64,000 bases of DNA from the human T2T-CHM13v2.0 reference genome, Homo sapiens. Location of the stretch: assembly GCF_009914755.1 (NCBI RefSeq), contig NC_060925.1. One strand, 5' to 3'. A program made the position numbers and the translations under genes. The notes under the pieces were generated by a model. The model was not told the origin of the DNA and did not search any database. It was given only the letters and a program-made list of their open reading frames with translations. Shown here piece after piece: positions 54,537 through 64,000 of the stretch (position 1 is the first letter of the stretch; every line of letters begins with the position of its first letter).

Positions 54537-55667
54537 TGACTTCCTCTATACGCATATGAATGAGGTAAGGGCTTTGGAGAGGCAATTCCTGCATAATATC
54601 ATACTTTACTATCTGTTCAGGTGGTTTTTGTATTGCTCCATCACTAAGTTTGCTAGTTAGTTTAACAGGTCAAGTTAGCAGCTTATTTTTGAATCCTTGT
54701 AGAAAAGAAAACATTTCCTTTAAAATACGAGAACAACAGAATAAACAATTCATGAGAATAAGGTCAAATGTTTTCTAGCTGAACTAATATAGTTTTACAA
54801 TGTCTCCTATAGTTGATCTACCAGTGGAAAGGTAATTAGAGAGTCACTTATTTATTTCTTAGGGCACTAAGTTCCCAAAGCCATCAGTTCCCATAAAGAA
54901 TCCTGGGGTCTGTAATATTTTGTGTCATAGCCAAGGAATAATTTTCCACTCTTCTTTCTGGGTTTATACAATATCACAGCAATCGGTGACATTAAGACTA
55001 TTATTTAGAAATGAATTGAGTGACTCATAACTTATTATTGATTTCAAAAGCTTTAGCTGACTTCTGTCTTGAGAATCTGCATTTATCCAATCTCTGTTTC
55101 CAAACAGTGGATGCTAACATCATGAAAAACAATGGCCGTACTTCATAAATGAAGTTAACCATGCTGGTTCACTATGCATAGCGCAGGCATCATGTGTCAT
55201 GGGGAAAAACCATGCCCTGCATATTTATTTTCTTAAAACTAAGATGACAATACTGACCCAGTATCAAAAGAATATATTCCTTGAATGTAGTTTTCTAGTT
55301 TGTGAATAATTTCCCTGAACTGAGCTATTTATTATTGCTTATTATCATTTGATACATACATTTGAGACAGTTGCCTCTGGTGAGGGATAACAAGTGTTCT
55401 AAAAGAACAGAGTAAAGTCCCCTGGCTCTTGGAGGGACCTCAGACTGTCACATGCTTGAATGGAGAAATTTCAGTGTCTTCTTATCTTTACAGTTGTTTA
55501 TTGCCCTCCACAAAGAATGGCCCAAATATGAATTTTTTAAAATACATATTTCATAAAAGCATTTTGGCAGTTATGAGATTAAAATATAATAAATATTCTT
55601 TAAAAATGTAAGCGATGGTGGTATTTACTAGGGTAAGGCTTGGTTTCTTGAAGCAAATCCCATGCCA

Positions 55668-55931
55668 TGATCATCAGCAAAATGCAAATCAAACCATAGT
55701 GAGATATCACCTCACCCCAGTTAAAGTCCCTATTATCAAAATGACAAAAAATAACAAATTCTGGGGAGGATGTGGAGAAAGGCAAACTCTTAAACACTGG
55801 TGTTGGTCATGTAAATTAGTGCTGCCATTATGAAAAAAAGTGTGAAGTTTCCTAAAAAAAATTGAAAATAGAACTATCATATGGTCCAGCAACCCCACTG
55901 CGGAGTGTATATCCAAAGAAAAAGAAGTTAG
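55668..55931 (+). mobile_element. L1MA-type LINE-1, left part (interrupted by Tigger1)
   Basis: atcatcagcaaaatgcaaatcaaacc...gagatatcacctcaccccagtt...atagaactatcatatggtccagcaaccccact; joins 61404 seamlessly across the TA. Confidence 0.88.
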
Positions 55932-56318
<387 letters not shown>

Positions 56319-56708
56319 TGAAGGTCTCTGGCAATCCTGCATCAAGCAAGTCTATCAGGGCCATTTTTCCAAGAGCATGTGCTCACTTTATGTCTCTGAG
56401 TCACATTTTCATAATATTTCTAACTTTTTCATTATTATTTTATCTGTTATGGTGATCTGTGATCAGTGGTCTTTGATGTTACATTGCAATTATTTTGGGG
56501 TGCCATGATCTACCTCTGTAGAAGATAGTGAAATTAATCCTTAATTGTTGTGTGTATTATGACTGCTCCATTGATTAGCTCTTCCCCTGCCTGTCCCCCA
56601 CTCCTCGGGCCTCATCCCCTGAGACAGAACAATATTAGAATTAGGCCAATTATTAACCTTACAATGATCTCTAAGTGTTCAAATGGAAAGAAGAGTCTTG
56701 TGTCTTTC

Positions 56709-61000
<4,292 letters not shown>

Positions 61001-61403
61001 GTTATATAGAACTCTGTTGGAAAGGAAGAGTCAACTGATGAGGCATAGTTAATTGCATCTTATTTTAAGAAATTACCACAGCCATTTCAACCTTCAGCAA
61101 TCACCACCCTGATCAGTCAGCAGCCATCAGCATTAAGGCAAGATGCTTCACCAGGAAAAAGATGACAACTTGCTGAAGGCTAAGATGACTGTTTGCATTT
61201 TTTAGTAATAAAGTATTTTTCAATTAGGTATATACATTTTTAAAAGACATAATTTAATTGCACAGTTAGACTACATTATAGTATAAACATAACTTTTATA
61301 TGCACTCGGAATTAAAAAATCCATGTGACTCACTTCATTGTGACATTTGCTTTATTGTAGCAGTTGGGAACTGAATTCACACTATCTCTGTGGTATGCCT
61401 GTA

Positions 61404-62035
61404 TGTCAAAGAGATATCTGCACTCCCATGTTAATTGCAGCATTATTTGCAATAGCCAAGACAGGAAACTGAGCTAAGTGTTCATCATTGTATAAATGGA
61501 AAAAGAAAATGTGGTGTATTTACACAGTTGAATGATATTTAGCCATAAAAAAAGAATGAAATCCTATAATTTGCAGCAATATGGATTAGCCTGGAGAACA
61601 TAATGTTAAGTGAAATAAGCCAGGTGCAAAAAGACAAATACTGCATAATCTCACTTGCATGTGGAATCTAAAAAGTTGATCTCATAAAACTAAAGAGTAG
61701 AATCGTGGTTACCAGAAGCTGGGGAGGAAGAGGGAGTGGGGAGGATGAAGAGAGGTTGTTCAGTAGGTACAAAGTACAGTTACGTAAGAGGAATTAGTTC
61801 TGGCATTCTGTTGCACAGTAGAGTAGCAATAGCTAACAATAATATATTGCATATTTCAAAGTAGCTAGGAGAGGATTTTGAATGTTTTCACCATAAAGAA
61901 ATAGAAATGTCTAAGGTGATAGATATGCTAATTCCCCTAATTTGATCTTACCCATGGTATACATGTATGGAGACATCACTTTTTACCCCATAAATATGTA
62001 CAATAATTATGTGTCAATTAAGTTTTTTAAAAATA
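61404..62035 (+). mobile_element. L1MA-type (L1MA4-like) LINE-1, right part / 3' end
   Basis: tgtcaaagagatatctgcactcccatg...gtgaaataagccagg...tacccccataaatatgtacaataattatgtgtcaattaa. Confidence 0.9.
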
Positions 62036-62359
62036 AGACAACTGAAGATCAATAGAGAACTAAATGGCCACTCTTTGAATCATTTCTCAACCAACTATAT
62101 TTTAGTGTCTATCTCACTTAGGTATATGCCAGACATTGACTTCACAATGAAGAGCAAGAATGATAAAATACAGTTCCTACCCTAAGAAGCACAGAATCTT
62201 CTTTATGGAGAAATATATCAGGTATTTCTATTTACATCAGGTAGGGGAATGAGTTTAAAGGGAAATAAGGCTTAAGAATTATCAAAATAAATTATATATG
62301 TTTCAGTTATATTTCCCGTTAAGTATTGTTAAACTGCAATCCTAAGATTTTTGTGAAAA

Positions 62360-62533
62360 ATCTTTTCTCTTTCTTTTTTTCTTTTTTAGAGACAGGGTCT
62401 CCCTATCTTGCCCAGGCTGGTCTTGAACTCCTGGGCTCAAGCAATCCACCTGTCTTGGCCTCCCAGGTGCTGAGATTACAGGCGTGAGCCACCATAGTAC
62501 TCGGATTACAGGCTTAAGCCACCATGCCTGGTC
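62360..62533 (-). mobile_element. Alu monomer (FLAM_C/AluJ left arm) with a 30-bp internal duplication
   Basis: agagacagggtctcc...ctcctgggctcaagcaatcc...; ggtgctgagattacaggcgtgagccaccat (62466-62495) repeated as agtactcggattacaggcttaagccaccat (62496-62525). Confidence 0.88.
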
Positions 62534-63820
62534 TTCAAAAACCTTCTTTTCCATTTCATTTCTCATCTAGACTTTGATATAATGCTTTAGTTCTGTTTCT
62601 TCTCCCTTTTTGACATTAGGACTTTCTCTAACTTTCTATAAACTCTCTTATTTCTGTGTTATTAAAGCCATCTTCTTAAAAGGCTTATTATGTCACTCCC
62701 TACTTCATAATCTTTAATGGTTACCTGTTAGAAGTAATATAAATTAGAGATCATGAAATTTGGAAAATGCCAGAGTTAGTTTCAAGTATTCTGAGATATC
62801 TGGTAAGTTACTTAACGTTTCTAATCCTCAAGGCACTTATTTGTAAAATACAGACACTAAACTTACTTTCCTCATAGGATTTTGGTGAGGACACATTCCC
62901 TGGTGATTCCTGGTACTCAGTAAATTATGGCCATCACAGTGATTAAATATTGTGTATAAGATCCCATTCCTTTAACATATTTCTTGCCAGGGATACCATG
63001 GAACAGATTTCTCTTTGGCTAAGAGACTAGTCTAGATAATTGTAAAGTTGCCTTGAAAGATTTTCTGGATCCTTGGCCCATTCTAACACTATATTTGCAT
63101 TATACTCATGAAACAGCAGTGTTCAGTCTATAAATCCCTTGTAAAGGTTTTAAATAACTCTCAACACATCTCTTAAAGGCCATAAGATGGTAATAGGACA
63201 AAGGAGGGGATGTGCCTCTTGCATGCTGCCAATATTGGCTAGGTGCTAACCAGAGACACTGAGGAGAAGGACTTGGTAACGTGGTGGCAACATTCCCAAT
63301 GCCTTAAGCTGAGTAGTCCTCTCTTCTGCAGTGACTGATTGCTATTTATAGCCTTAATTTTTGGAGCTTCTAAGTAAGTGTCCTCAAAGGAACTTATCAA
63401 AGAAAAGCAGAAGCTAGAAGCAGCAGCCAATTTCCTTTATATAATTGTGATTTTGAATATAATGACATTGAAAATGATGCATTGAAGATAATGTATATCT
63501 TGTTTATATTTATGACTTATGAATTTCCAGTCTCTAAAAATGAGATATAATGTGTCTATGGTACCTACAGGTCTCAAGTACTTTTTCCAAAATGTCTGCA
63601 TATCCTGCCTTTGTATGTTCTTGAAGAGTGACTCAATCCCAGCAAGTTAGAGTCTTTGACATGGAAAGTTCCCTTCAAGGTGTCTTCCCCATTCTCTTTT
63701 CTTCCACAAAAAGAGACAGAAGAGAACAAGATGGTGTTGCTGAACTTCCAGCAGAGGAAGAGGAAGGGAAAAAGAAATTCAAGTTATCTTTCTTATCTCC
63801 ACACACATAGAGTTTTCCTT

Positions 63821-63920
63821 CATGGGAAGCTGAATCTTGATATGATCAGATATGGGATATCTTCTGTAATCATGGGAAGCTGAATCTTGATATGATCAGA
63901 TATGGGATACCTTCTGTAAT
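63821..63920 (+). repeat. 50-bp tandem duplication
   Basis: catgggaagctgaatcttgatatgatcagatatgggata(t/c)cttctgtaat x2, 1 mismatch. Confidence 0.95.
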
Positions 63921-64000
63921 GTTAGAGGGCCTGAGTTGATGGTCAAGCCTGAGGGCTAGAGGGGAAGGAGAACTATGTCATGTACAAAATAGGAGGAACT

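Overview
Human (primate) genomic DNA that is almost entirely non-coding. An AluYa5 insertion points to Homo sapiens. I find no intact host protein-coding exon, and nearly all ORFs in the supplied track are chance or Alu/LTR/STR-derived. The only real protein homologies are a 5'-truncated L1PA ORF2 (RT and C-terminal part, 56.9-59.4 kb, minus strand) and decayed Tigger1 transposase (59.4-61.0 kb). The best host-gene signal is a repeat-free, CpG/GC-enriched block at ~6.1-7.2 kb. It looks like a minus-strand promoter plus non-coding first exon (GT donor at 6406, uORFs, partial REST site), with a MEF2/E-box enhancer candidate at ~10.9 kb. On this reading, 1-6406 is intron 1 and >7 kb is upstream intergenic DNA rich in MIR/L2, MaLR/ERV LTRs, DNA transposons and Alus. 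I found no convincing new multi-gene system. The most unusual signals are (i) a recurring set of short fold-back/template-switch scars, including a crossed A-B-A'-B' inverted repeat at 574-705; (ii) a nested L1MA>Tigger1>(AluS, L1PA3) locus whose L1 lacks internally the same motif that sits at its 5' junction; (iii) a 5'-truncated AluYa5 and young 45-52 bp duplications that may be polymorphic. Repeat family names come from recalled consensus sequences, and boundaries of old elements are approximate.
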